From Podarcis pityusensis (Eukaryota), in assembly GCA_964106645.2 (NCBI GenBank), contig OZ067049.1: a DNA stretch of 64,000 nt. One strand, written 5' to 3'. A program made the position numbers and the translations under genes. Of the stretch, positions 1 through 12,700 are shown in pieces. The notes beneath the pieces were generated by a model. The model saw only the letters and a list, made by a program, of their open reading frames with translations. It had not been told where the DNA came from and searched no databases. Within the stretch, counting starts at the first letter, position 1, and the number at the start of each line of letters is the position of its first letter.

Positions 1-401
1 ATAAAGAAGGCTGATTGCCGAAGAATTGGTGCTTTTGAATTATGGTGCTGGAGGAAACTCTTGAGAGTCCCATGGACTGCAAGAAGATCAAACCAATCCA
101 TTCTGAAGGAAATCAGCCCTGAGTGCTCACTGGAAGGACAGATCCTGAAGCTGAGGCTCCAATACTTTGGCCACCTCATGAGAAGAGAAGACTCCCTGGA
201 AAAGACCCTTATATTGAGAAAGATGGAGGGAACAAGAAGAAGAGGATGACAGAGGACGAGATGGTTGGACAGTGTTCTCGAAGCTACCAGCATGAGTTTT
301 ACCAAACTGCAGGAGGCAGTGGAAGACAGGAGTGCCTGGCGTGCTCTGGTCCATGGGGTCACGAAGAGTTGGACACGACTAAATGACTAAACAACAACAA
401 C
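1..401 (+). mobile_element. Bov-B (RTE clade) LINE, 3' portion, runs off the window edge
   Basis: Encodes RVPWTARRSNQSILKEISPECSLEGQILKLRLQYFGHLMRREDSLEK; nearly identical to the 3' end of the full-length copy at 31853-35101; ends in a (CAA)n tail. Confidence 0.95.
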
Positions 402-826
402 ACATTTCCGAGCACAATTCAAAGTGTTAGTGCTGACCTTTAAAGCCCTAAACGGCTTCGGTCCTGTATACCTGAAGGAGCGTCTCCACCCCCATCGTTC
501 AGCCCGGACACTGAGATCCAGCGCCGAGGGCCTTCTGGCGGTTCCCTCATTGCGAGAAGTGAGGTTACAGGGAACCAGACAGAGGGCCTTCTCGGTAGTG
601 GCGCCCGCCCTGTGGAACACCCTCCCTTCAGATGTGAAGGAAATAAGCAGCTATCCTATCTTTAAAAGACATCTGAAGGCAGCCCTGTTCAGGGAAGTTT
701 TTAATATTTAATGCTGTACTGTTTTTAACATTTGATTGTGAGCTGCCCAGAGTGGCTGGGGAAACACAGCCAGATGGGCGGGGTATAAATAAATTATTAT
801 TATTATTAGTAGTAGTAGTAGTAGTA
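402..826 (+). mobile_element. L2-clade LINE 3' fragment with (ATT)n/(AGT)n tail
   Basis: ORF2 C-terminus FKVLVLTFKALNG..GPVYLKERL...RAFSVVAPALWNTLP...FKRHLKAALF; 3' stem-loop region gcccagagtggctgggg...ccagatgggcggggtataaat followed by a simple-repeat tail. Confidence 0.9.
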
Positions 827-3800
827 GAAATTCCCCACCCAGTTTTTAGACAGAGAAACTAGGGGATAATTTCATCAAATTTCCCCATATGGAAGAAACT
901 CTCCAATGCTTTCTTGGGGTGAGGATCCCCGTTAGCAGTGTTAGCAACGCAGCATATTTCATTTTGCCTAACATTTTGTGCTGATTTTTTTGCAGCCATT
1001 GCACCAGCTATAAATCCCCCACAATGCCCTATTGTGACAGGCCATTATACGGAAGAAAATAGCAATGATTAGCCATTTCCCTCCCATAATGGTAGAGAAT
1101 ATTCAGAAAACATTCTGCAAATTGGCCTTTCTTTTCCTTTCGGTGTGGAGAGAAAAAGAAAAAGTCTCAGAAATTTGATCAAAAATGTCATTTTTTCCCC
1201 CCTGAGAAGTTTCAGCTCATCCCCAAGATTGTTAGTGTTGCTTGTGCAAATGCTCAGAGTGAGCTTCCATGCACATGATAGTTTTCTGTGTCAGAGCAGA
1301 ACAAGACAGGAGCTTGTTTATGGCGCCCAGTTCACTAATCACGGGACAGCTGGGAGGTGAGTGGATGAGTTGGTAATTCCATAAACCAAGATCAAGCCTG
1401 ACCACCTGCTCCCCAGTTTGATTGCCAGATTCTTACATTGCTTTTGATGAACACGGATAGAGCTGCATTAAAAGATGTGACACTCTGCCGCTAATTTATA
1501 TTTTGAACAAACAGAGCCTTTAGTGAATCTATCTCAATTTGTCAGCACGCTGAGCTCTGCCAGTGTAGGATTCAATTCAACTTGCATATACCTGTTCATT
1601 TTGTGACAGTTTGGTTGTCCTAATAAAGTTATTGCCCTAATGTGGATATTGGAATTTTTCTTATGGGACAACATGACAACCTTTGTTTGTTTTTTAATTA
1701 TCTTTTAAGTTATTCTTTTTATGAAAGTGGTAGGTGTAATACTCTATGTGGTGCACTAGGTGGTGGTCTTGCTACACGAGCTGTACTTTAAAAAACCTGC
1801 ACAAAATACCTGGGCAGGAAAAGAGGGGGAACACAATTCCTTTTATTCATAAAATTGGTGTGGGAGATTTAACAGTCCTGGAATTAACAGTACTGGAAAT
1901 CGCCATTCTGGATAGGAAGAGAAATGCATGCTGGTTTCATAATCGCAGATCTGAAGTAGCTGATTTCTCCCAACCCTCATAAATCTTACTTACACTGCAA
2001 TCACCGGAGCAAGTTGTTCTTCCCTGTTTCTGTACTCCCTAACGAAAGGTATAAAGTGGAAGATAATTAATGGCTTTGGAGAAGTAATTCGTGACCTGTG
2101 TTGATTTGCAGCTGCACTGGACTTGTCAAATGTCTCCTTTAACAACTTGCCTTTCATCATTTCAGTTGCTCTCACTGTACTCTCAGTGTGCAATTATAAA
2201 AATAGGATGAATTAAATCAGTTTTTATTCTAATGTTTCCTCGTATCAACTTACAAAATGTGGACGGATTTAAGGAAGTGGAATAAGTTTGGCCCCCTGGT
2301 ATGTCCATGATCCTCCATTGCCAACCTACAGGGGGCGAAGATGGACTTTGCAATCAGAAGCTATCAAACCACTTGAGGGAATGTACGTCCATCACTGCCT
2401 TCTGAAATGCCCTTTCAGGAAAACTAGTTACTAGCCTTTACTTAAATTCCTGATCCACCCTCCTTTCTGAACAACATCACTGATCCTTTCTCCTTTTGAT
2501 CCCGCTCAGTCCTGGATTTGCACACAAGCTAAGTAAGCCACAGTTTAGGGTCTCCGTTTCCAAGGGGCCTATAAATGCAAATAAATTGGTAAATGGCAAT
2601 AACTGATTAAAATATAGATAGGCTTACTGCAAATTTTAGTCAGATCCTTAGCTTTTTCATTGCATCCTTGCCTTAAGTACATCATAAAATATGCAAATTT
2701 ATATACACATATACATGGTATATATGCAAATATGAAACTTTACTATTTCTATGTTTATTTTCCTTTCTGTTAGAATAATCCCCCCCCCCCCTTTGTGGCC
2801 TCAGCTATGGGACCTCAGCAGGTCTTAATCTGGCTCTTTGCCATGCCTTCCCCCTTATCCTTTCTCCCAGTTTGCTTTTCCTTGTTGACAGTCATCTAAG
2901 ATAGCCATCTTTTAATTCCATTTCTATTTATTTTTCTTCAGTGCTAAGCGCAGTTTCATTGGCCAGGCTCAAGACGGAAAACCACAATCTCGCCTGTATT
3001 ACCATTTTTGTATGTTAAGGTTTCAGTGGATCCCACAGGAAAAAAATATTTACATTATCCATAAACAGTAGTCTTCTGAGGAGCCACTCAGACTGTAAAA
3101 GAGTTGTGGTTTTTTGTTTTTGGGAAAATAATAGCAAAAGCAGTTTAAAATCTCCCTGGTGTTCCTCTTCTGCATCGTCATTCAACATGACCTGCCATAA
3201 TAGCTAAGGTTTAACACAAGAATGTGAGGAGCGCTGTCCGCTGTTTCCAAATAATTTCATTGTGCAGGTTTATATAAATCTTTGAATCTTTGGAGGTGGA
3301 GTGGGGCTGTGTCCGGTTAGAGGAGCTCATAAATCAAAAGGGTTAAGGGGAAATTGTATTATAAGGACTTTCCTTGTGAACTAGATTCGTTCCAGATTGC
3401 TCACATATTCATTAGGTGATCTGGGTAGAGCAGCGGCGTTGCGATGGAAAAGTAATTAGCCACTCTCCAAATTAGATCTGAATACTGTTAAAAGTATGAC
3501 TCAAACCAATAAAAGCAAGGAAATTCAAGGATAATTTTGTTACCATGTAACATTTGTACAGCAGAGGGCCCTTACTGGAATAAGGAACTTATGGTGCTTA
3601 GAAGGGCGAGGGCTCCTGAACAAACCCCATTGCAAGGAACAGGAGCAGCAGGACAGCATGGTTGTGATATCCTAAGTTTGCCATCCTATGCACACTTATT
3701 TGAGAGTAAGCCTCATTGGGTGCAACGGAGCATATGCCTTAGCAAATATGCATAAGGTTTGGGTTATAAGTGAATTTAGGGTTGTGTGTGAACTTTGGGC

Positions 3801-4061
3801 TTCTCCGGACGATGTACCTATTGCACACTCATCCTGATTGGCTTGCACAAAGCTTATGCGGAGATTAGATTATGTCCAGTGTTTGTTGCAGATTTGTCCG
3901 TGTGGTGATATGACAATGCGCATTCATCCTGAATTCATCTTGATTTTCTTGCAGGATGTTTATACATATTCCTGTTAACCATTCTTGCTTTTTAATGCAT
4001 CCCCCCTTCACTTTGCTGGCTGCAAAATGCCCATTCCTTTTTAAAAGTGGAGTTGTTGTTG

Positions 4062-4156
4062 TTACATTTATAGCCCAACTTTACTTTCAAGAGCTCAAGG
4101 TGGTGTACATGGTTCTTCCCATTTAATCCTCACAACAACCCTGTGAGGTAGGTTAG

Positions 4157-4201
<45 letters not shown>

Positions 4202-4285
4202 AACCCAAGGCCACCCAGTGAACTTCATGGCTGACTGGGATTTGAACTCTGATCTCCTTGGTCCTAGTCTGGCACTCCAACCTGG
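4062..4285 (-). mobile_element. CORE-SINE (MIR/Squam3-like) with internal (GA)n microsatellite at ~4160-4199
   Basis: Reverse-complement MIR core cctcacaacaaccctgtgaggtagg; reverse B-box gggatttgaact. Confidence 0.75.
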
Positions 4286-4387
4286 CATATTTATTCGTTG
4301 CACTAGGACGGAAAGGCACATTAATTACACAAATCTACATTTCCAAATATGAACTTGAATCCCCATCACAAAGCACTAATAATAATA

Positions 4388-4743
4388 CAGTGGTGCCTCG
4401 CAAGACGAAATTAATCCATTCCGCGAGTGTCTTCGTCTAGCGGTTTTTTCGTCTTGCGAAGCAACCCTATTAGCGGCTTAACGGATTAGCGCTATTAGCG
4501 GTTTAGCGGCTATTAAAGGCTTATCGGCTTATCGGATTAGCTGCTAAAAGGCTATTAAAGGCTTAGCGGCTTAGATAAAGGGGGGGGGGAAGTGAAAAGA
4601 AAATCTCAAGACTTGCAAGACATTTTCGTCTTGCTAAGCAAGCCCATAGGGAAAGTCGTCCTGCGAAGCAACTCAAAAACGGAAAACCCTTTCGTCTAGC
4701 GGGTTTTCCATCTTGCGAGGCATTCGTCTTGCGGGGCACCACT

Positions 4744-4744
<1 letters not shown>
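4388..4744. mobile_element. Tc1/mariner (pogo/Tigger-like) MITE
   Basis: TIRs CAGTGGTGCCTCGCAAGACG ... CGTCTTGCGGGGCACCACTG; TA TSD at 4386-4387 and 4745-4746; internal degenerate gcggcttag repeats at ~4468-4575. Confidence 0.9.
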
Positions 4745-4746
<2 letters not shown>

Positions 4747-4784
<38 letters not shown>

Positions 4785-5155
4785 TTAATAGTATTAATTT
4801 ATTATTTATACTCCGCCCATCTGGCTGGGTATCCCCTGCCACTCTGGGCGGCTCCCAACAGAATATTAAAAACACGAGAAAACATCAGACATTAAAAACT
4901 TCCCTAAACAGGACTGCCTTCAGATGTCTTCTAAAAGTCAGATCGTTGTTTATTTCCTTGGCATCTGAGGGGAGGGCATTCCACAGGGTGGGCGCCACTA
5001 CCGAGAAGGCCCTCTGCCTGGTTCCCTGTAACCTCACTTCTCACAGGGAGGGAATCACCAGAAAGCCCTCGGAGGTAGATCTCAGTGTCCAGGAAGAACA
5101 GGCATACTGAGCCGAGGCCGTTTAGGGCTTTAAAGGTCAACATCAAAACTTTGAT
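4747..5155 (-). mobile_element. L2-clade LINE 3' fragment, same family as 402-826
   Basis: Reverse complement of the same 3' end; translates to KVLMLTFKALNGLG; (TAA)n tail at ~4745-4785. Confidence 0.88.
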
Positions 5156-5221
5156 ATCTGGGGGCAACCTTAATCAGAAGTTCAGTTGAAGAGATTGCTT
5201 CCAAGTTAAACCCAACCAGCT

Positions 5222-5363
5222 ATCATAGAATCATAGAGAGCTGGAAGGGACCACGAGGGTCATCTAGTCCAACCCCCTGCAATGCAGGAATCTTTTGCCC
5301 AATGTGGGGCTTGAACCCATGAGCCTGAGATTAAGAGCCTCATGCCCTACTGACTGAGCTAGC
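5222..5363 (-). mobile_element. tRNA-Lys(CTT)-derived SINE with CR1-derived 3' tail
   Basis: Minus strand gctagctcagtcagtagggcatgaggctcttaatctcaggctcatgggttcaagccccacattgggc follows vertebrate tRNA-Lys(CTT); then gattcctgcattgcagggggttggactagatgaccc...cccttcca...attctatga, the tail of the CR1 at 14130-14432. Confidence 0.88.
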
Positions 5364-5637
5364 CTAGGAATGGATTGCGCAACATTTATGAGTCGAAGTG
5401 AATTCCCAGCATAACAGCTACTACTCTTGTATTTCTAGGCAGTCAGTTCTGAGCTTTGGAAATAACATGTTCGCTTTCCTTCTAATCAAGATTTATCTTG
5501 TGAGAAGGGGGCAAACTGGCTGCATGAACATATTTTTTCTTTCCTGAAGGACTTTTTCAGGATTGGCAGATCCTTCAAGAATGAAACAATACTTTCAAAA
5601 TAAAATTTCTTAATATTTTTTAAAAATCATAATCCTT

Positions 5638-5686
5638 TATGGGGATTGAATCTGCAACCTGGGCATTATCAGCACCAACCAACTGC
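5638..5686 (-). mobile_element. Degenerate tRNA-Ile-derived SINE head fragment
   Basis: Minus strand cagttggttggtgctgataatgcccaggttgcagattcaatcccc, similar to the head of 61709-61853. Confidence 0.55.
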
Positions 5687-6789
5687 AGACCTCCTACCTG
5701 TCCCATCATTTTGCAGGATAATCCAGCACTGATGTTGTAGAAATCCTTCTGTCGCCCATTAATGAGAAGGAGAGAGTGACCCACAAATATTATTTATACG
5801 TACTGGTGCCATGACCACAGAGGACAGAATTATGCTAGGTGGTTTGACCCCCGTAGAATAAAATCTTTTTAAAATTAAAAGGCTGGCTTTAAATTTATGC
5901 ATTTATTTAAAATAGTCCCAAACCTCATGAAAGATCTAGAACTAATATATATACAAAGCACCTTAATATTCATTTCCCGATTCCGTTTCTTCATATGTTT
6001 TGAAACTCTATCTCTTGCTAATCCAAGTTGTAAGTCAAAATCCTTGTTAATGTTTTATTTCCCAGCTTTATAAAAGGACGGGAGGGTAACGACAATAAAA
6101 GGGTAATGTACTGTGAGTAAAAACAAAGAATAATCCAAATCATATATTATGTTCAGACCAAGTTAACGACTGCAGAGAGTTTCTGCTGGCTCCTATGTTT
6201 CAGTGGCCTCGTGAGAATGAAAAGCTAATAAAGCCATTACTCAGAATAGAAGGTAGCTGGTGAGTTAGAGCAAACTTCAGAAGAAGATTTTTCAAAATTA
6301 AGGATAAGCCATTGTTGCCCTGCTCAGGGTGCATCTGTGTGTCTTAACTCACCAGTCTCTACCTATGAGATGCACATAGTTATGTAATATTCAGGGGAAC
6401 TCTGGTTCTTGCTTTTCCCAGGGTGGGAAAAAATCAAAGCTGATTTAATGAACTGGAGAAGGAAGAAAATGTGATGTGCTTTAGCATCCCCAGGCTAAAG
6501 AAATGAGTGGTGTTTCTCAAAGGAGACACAGAGCAGTAAGGAGAGAAGGGTGATGGAAAAGGCTTATCTGATTCTGGCTATCTTGGGCTCCAATTACATG
6601 TTAGGCAGAGTTCTGTGATATTTTGCTCCACTTTTTAAAGCACACACACACACACACACACACACACCAGCCTTTGGTAGGTTGAGGCTGAAGGGAAGAC
6701 GGGTGGATGATTCCTTGACTCTTATTTTTTAGCTCAAAATTGCACTGCTCAAACTGCTGTTTTATTTACAGACATGAATGCATTTAGTT

Positions 6790-6875
6790 GAGATTCCTTC
6801 ATTGCAAGGAGTTAAGACTAGATGGGATTCAGGTCCCTTCCAACTCTACATTTCTGTGGTTCTATGACTCTATGA
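6790..6875 (+). mobile_element. CR1/CR1-SINE 3' tail fragment
   Basis: gattccttcattgca...gactagatg...ggtcccttccaactctac...ttctatgactctatga. Confidence 0.75.
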
Positions 6876-6929
6876 AGATATGGGGAATCTATTGTCCCCC
6901 ATATCTCACACATGGGTGGAAATGCTGTC

Positions 6930-7395
6930 CGTGGAAGAATGTTATTTGCCCAAAAGTGGAAAGAGGATGAGGTCCTGACGAAAGAAGATTGGATACAGAG
7001 ACTAATGGAGTATGCAGAAATGGCGAAACTTACCGGAAGAATAAGAAATCAAGATAACAAACTTTTTAGAAAGGAATGGAAGCGGCTTATTGAGTATTTA
7101 GAAACGAACTGTAAACGTATTAAGACATTGGCAGGATTACTGTAAAAACCTACAGAGTGTGTATATATGACTTATTCTTTTATTCATCTATTCATATATA
7201 TATATATATATATATGAACAGACAAATAAAAGAATAAGTCAAGATAATTTGGAGTATGCAGGAAAGGATGAAAATAAATCTAAGGAACCACAGAAAGAGG
7301 GGGAAGGGAGTCAAAATTGAAAATGTTAAAGCTTGGCAAAATAATTGTTGTGTATGAATGACAATTATAAATAAAAATTTAAAAGGAAGAAAGAA
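6930..7395 (+). mobile_element. L1-clade LINE 3' end
   Basis: RMLFAQKWKEDEVLTKEDWIQRLMEYAEMAKLTGRIR...FRKEWKRLIEYL resembles the non-mammalian L1 ORF2 C-terminus; AT-rich 3' UTR with AATAAA at ~7370 and an A-rich end; (TA)n at ~7194-7215. Confidence 0.7.
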
Positions 7396-7999
7396 AATGC
7401 TGCTCAAGGATTTTGAGCTCACAAAGCACAGATAAGCAACGTTCTTCAACAGGATTAGACTTCCGGTTTCCCAGTACTGCATCCCAATAATATAAAGGAT
7501 GTAGAAGAAGGAATAATTGAACTCTGATTGACAATCCAGTTTGAACCTATAGGCTGCAATGCTAAGTGCTTTTTAGGGAGTAAGTCCCACTGAGCTCAGT
7601 AAATGTGCTTAAGATCGTGCTCCACTGAGCTGGATGAGCCAGTTGTCAGACTGAGTAGAGAGACATTTCCTATGCTCCCTATTTTATTGCTGCTATTGCT
7701 AAATTGAGACTCCGTTACCAATCTACTGCAAATCACCCAGAGAGCTACTAGTATATTCCCAATCTACTTTCTGATCACCCCTGCCCTAAACCACCATTCA
7801 GACATGAAAAGTAAAGGAATCTGATCCTATTTTTAACTATTGTGAGTAAATAACCCATACAAAAACACAGTTGTTCACTTATTTGGATGCTTAATAATGC
7901 TATACTATTCAGTTACTGTTTAAATAATGGACATTTTATAATTTTTTTTTATTTGTGTCTCCTGGATTTTGGTTTTATAATTTTAGTAAACCTTTTTTG

Positions 8000-8862
8000 T
8001 GTGGACAGGCGGAGTCCCCCCAACCCCAGGCGACCCCCGAGTGGAATAATGACTCAAGACAACGTGCTATGGGATTAAAATTGGCCACAACTTTATTAAG
8101 TTTCAGATGTAGGGAGACCTTGGCTCAGGCACTGGGCGTTTATCCTTCCCAGTCCCCAGCTGGGGATCTGGGGAACATCGGGGTTATCCAGAATGTGTGG
8201 GGATTGGGCTGGCTCTGGAGAACATATGTTCAAGCAGAGAGCCAGCCCCCCGTTTCGTCGCCGTCACAGGGGAGAGAAATGACAGCCTCTCGGCGTATGG
8301 CCAATGCCTCCCCTCAAGACCCCTTTAACGGGGAACCCTGGGATCACCGCCGCAAAGGGGGGCATGGGTCACCGCTTTAGGGCCCCCCCCCATTTAGGGA
8401 AGATAGACTAAAGGATTCCGCCCAAGGCCTGAAACCGCCAAAGTTGTGACATTTTGCTAGGGGAAAGGCAAAACTTGCCAATGCAGGAAAATTCCTTTCC
8501 AGCCTTTCAACAGCAACCATGACGTAGCAGCGCCCGCATACATGTGGAGAAGAGGTTAACCTGCAAAAGAAGGCTTAACTGAGGGAGGGCAGGGTGGGAG
8601 AAGCTCTGGAGCCTACTGACACTTTGCAGGTAAGATTCACTTTCTGTTGTGTGGGCAGAGCAGTCCCTCCCCCTACCTGGCCAATCCCCTGGCAACACCT
8701 CCCCAGGCGGGATTGGGCAATTGGTTGAGGTAGGTGGAGACCTCCAGGTATCCAGCCTGGGGAGGGCAAAGCCAGCCCGTACTATGGGAGCCGCATTGGG
8801 ATCCAGGGGGCTGCATGCGACCAAGCAAAAGTCACCCCCCCATTTGATGTGGGGAGCGGTCA
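8000..8862 (-). mobile_element. Solo LTR (863 bp; ERV or Gypsy-type)
   Basis: GC-rich block in AT-rich context; begins TG, ends CA; 5-bp direct repeat TTTTG at 7995-7999 and 8863-8867; minus-strand AATAAA (tttatt ~8092-8097) about 95 nt from its 3' end. Confidence 0.65.
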
Positions 8863-9662
8863 TTTTGATTTATTTATTTTTTTGCCAAAAATGTTAAGCG
8901 GTATACAAAATGTTCTTGATAAATAAATACACATAGTAAATTATCCTTGGAGAACAGCTGGGAAGTTAGTTCCCTTCTATCGATGTGCAGCTTAGCTAAC
9001 CTTTTTTTCTTGAATACTATGGACATAAAAGTGACTAAATCTTCAGCCCATTTGCACGGACATTCCAGTTCAATGATGATCATATTTAAGACATCCTAAT
9101 GCAAATACAATTTGTAGCCTCGTGCCAGAAAATTGTGCAAAGATGCGGTTAGAAGTGCAACATGCTGATGTTTGTGCAAGTGTTAATTTTTGGTAACTAG
9201 AGGGCATATTATATTTGTGGACTACTATGGCACACATGGCCTTGATAGAACACAAGCCTCCCAAAGTCTGATTAAAGCTACTATGTATTGAAACTGAAAG
9301 AAGTGACTAGAAATTGTTGCCTTAGCACAACTAATGATCTATAGTTCTCTCCTCTCCTCTGAAAAAGCAAATTGCCTCCTTATGTAATAGTCTATCATAA
9401 TAAAAATAAGCTCAGGAAATCATTGAGGTGCTTTGATGGCAAGAAAGTGATATAAAAATAGATCTGGACTATTACAGTGCAATGGGTATTCCTTATATTT
9501 AGTATACAGTACAGTACCAATAGTTTACACCTAGGGAATAGAAGGCCTGAACCAGAGAACCATAAAAGCAGCAGGAAGATTTTGCATATTAATAACTAGC
9601 CCTGTTGCTGTATTTGTATGCTGTTGGTTTTACAACCACAAGTCAAATGCAGTAGACACTAG

Positions 9663-9722
9663 CTGGGGTTGGACTAGATGGCCCTTGGTCTCTTCCAACC
9701 CCACAATTGTATGATTCTATGT
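9663..9722 (+). mobile_element. CR1-type 3' tail fragment
   Basis: ggggttggactagatggccc...cttccaac...atgattctatg. Confidence 0.7.
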
Positions 9723-12700
9723 TTGGAGCCAGCCATCATCCTGAAGCTGACACCCACAGCCACACTAAGTGGGAAATTCTACTGTCAAGGTTAGTTTTCA
9801 TGCTTAATTGCTATGTTCTGTAGTTATCCACATGCAAGCAGGCAGGCTCTGTTCCTGACAAATCCTTGCAGATCTTGCTGTGGGAGGAAGAAATTGATAA
9901 ATCTGTACCATGGAAGGATGTGTTGGGAGGTAAACAGCTAAGTCTATATCTGGAACTGCGCTTAAGTGTGCTATATCTGTTTTGAGTTCTCTAGCTCTGT
10001 GTCACTATCTCAAATTACAGGGGAAGCCCTTATTGCATTGAGTAATACTTTCCCCCTGAAAGTAATTCCACGTGCTTGGGGTTTTCTCTCTCTCTTTTGC
10101 ATCTAATTATGGTGCAATTTTTGTTCAAATAATTGAAACTGAATTTGTGATGAAATATTACTACAAATGTGGATGGTTTTTTAAAATTAATAATAAAAGG
10201 TGTGTACCTTAAGACAATTGTACTTTTATTCATCATCCTAACTTTCAGAATTCTGTATCATAAAGCAGAATCACATTATTTCAAATCATAAAGCATCACA
10301 TTTTATTGGCCCAAACCCGACAGGCTCTTGTTTACAAAATAAGGAGCAAACAGTTGTACTGATAATGTGTAGCTCTTGTAAGACCCAAGACATCAGAAAC
10401 CACAGCCATACCATAGTGCTGACAATCTCAGAACTGATATCAGTTCTTGACGGTTACAAATTCAGAGAGAGGCTGCAAACCAGCTAAAGCAAAGTGTCTT
10501 TAAGTCCCAATGGTTTGGAAGGCTGAGCAAATGCTTAACACTGTCCCACTGAAATCAGTTGGACCTAAATTTAAAGTGCAATTCTATGAACTCAAACGTA
10601 TGTTTGTATAGGCGTACATCCAAAGTCCTGTTGACATTATTACTTTCATTGCTCATCATTTTATTACTTTTCAGCCTGTCGTGTCATGACCACCAGGGTC
10701 TTGTCAAGAATTAGGGCATGGACTGGCATGATCAGACAGATGAGAAGGAGGACAGTGAAGGAGAAGTGTGTGTGTGTGAGAGAGAATTGTGGGAACCAGA
10801 GATAGTGGACAGAGTTTCTTCCCTTTTGACTCCAGCCACTATGGGAGAGAGAGAAGGAACGCTGGTTTTCTCCTCTACCAACTCTCCCCTCTTGATCAGC
10901 TGCTGGGGGGCCTGGGGTTAGAGAATAGAAATGACCTACTGTACCCCCACCTCCCAGTTGCTACCTGTAAAAGTTATGTGTTTGTCAAGCAATTCTAAAA
11001 AGCAGCTCGGAAGAAAAGTTCGTTTGGAGTCAACTGTTCATGTATCTTGTTATTCTCAGATCTACTTCCCATCATTCATTGAACTTGGGTAAAAGACCAT
11101 AATGTGTCAGCAGGCAACATGACTTTACACAATACAGTTCCTTGCCTTACTAGAGTCTAGAAACTAGAGAAAAAGGGGGTTAAGGGAATACCCTCATAAT
11201 TGCCATTACAAAAAGATTTAGTCGACTTTCTGATGTAAACATTGTACATCAGCTCTATGGGTGGGCTGAATAATGAGGCAAATCTGGGTGATTTGTAAGT
11301 CTCTGCCTCTGAGTTAAAGCACAAAGTCAATATACCCTTTAGTTAGTTCAGGCCCCCCTCAAAGTCTTGTTTCTTTCTGTCACCCTGTTGTTTCTGTACC
11401 TTATAGTTCCATGGTTTCCTATATCTCTATGTTTCCCTAGCTTGATGCACTTCACAAGAAGAGAGGCTTTGGAAAATGTTTCCTGCAGAACACTGAAGAG
11501 CTCTGGATTATTATTATTTTTTGGTCAAATTGCAGCAGTGAAATAATTTCTTAAAAAATTAAGAGCTTCATTTGAGGTTTTGTTTTTTTATTTAAAAAAA
11601 ACCACCTACATTGCTCTGCTTTAACAACAAAGAAACCAGAGCTCTTCAGAATTTTGCTGGCAACGTTTTGGACAGCCCCGTGTTGTAGGCACACAAGCCC
11701 CAGAAAACAAATGGCAGTGTAAAGCTGCAAATTTATTAAAAATATACTTACAAGAGTACACACCACTCAGGTACTACTTAATTATTTTAATGTAAGGAAG
11801 AGCAAGAGACCAACCCCAATTATGGTTATGTAAGAAAGTGAGCCCCTTTTATTTTCCCCACAAAAAACAAAACAAAACCCTGGCCTTTTTGTCTGCACTT
11901 TGGCAGACTTAATTCATTCAGCGAGTGGGAGCAGCTCCTGTGCATATAAATTCATCTATTTGAGCTCAAAGGGGGAAATGTTGTAGTAGCCATTTTTATA
12001 TTTAACATTATAGTGAATGGGGCCTCAGAGCAGCTCAGAAGCCAAAACACAGAATGAGGCCAAAAGAGCACGAAACAACTCAGAAGCAGATTGATTTTTT
12101 TTAAAATGCACAGACTCAGATACAAAGGGAAACCTGCCCCATGCACACCCCTACTAAATGCGGTTTCTATCATAACCACCACAGAAATCTGACGTAGTAA
12201 AATGATCTCATTGTGATTTTTTCACATCAGACAAATTCATGTGAATCTGCCATGCATTGCATGCTACACTCCTTCTGGATGCCATTTCATGCCATCGCAA
12301 CACACGTAGTCCAAGAGTTTGAATTACATGGAAATGGCAGGTTGTCGTTTCACTGATAGGCGATTATGATACACAGAACGGTTTAAATGCAATTATTCCA
12401 TTTTATCATTGCAAATAACTACTGCTGATTTTTTTTTTTTAATTAAAAAAGAAGAACTGTAGAACTCCAGCATTCATTTAAGGGAAGAGTTCATAGTGCT
12501 TTCAGTGATCATTTCCTATTCTAAATAAGTCTTCTTTGCAGATAATATTTCATATTATATTAGCTCTTTCATAAGAGATGAACAGCAGGCTGCCACTGTC
12601 TGCCCTTTCCAATATCGTTTTTTTAAATATTATGAACTTCTTTAAACTTCAGGGGAGCTCATGTTAACAAACAGGTAAGGATGAAGCAGTTTCTTAATTC

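Noticed and set aside
3229-3245. RE1 half-site (gcgctgtcc), also inside the SINE at ~28110
   Set aside because: Only the right half-site is present.
4468-4575. Short regularly repeated gcggcttag units as an array-type system
   Set aside because: Degenerate minisatellite inside a MITE with no unique spacers; eukaryotic context, no CRISPR-like array.
5290-5363. Functional tRNA genes here and at ~36680-36749 and ~61780-61853
   Set aside because: Stems are mutated and each is fused directly to a CR1 tail, so they are SINE heads.
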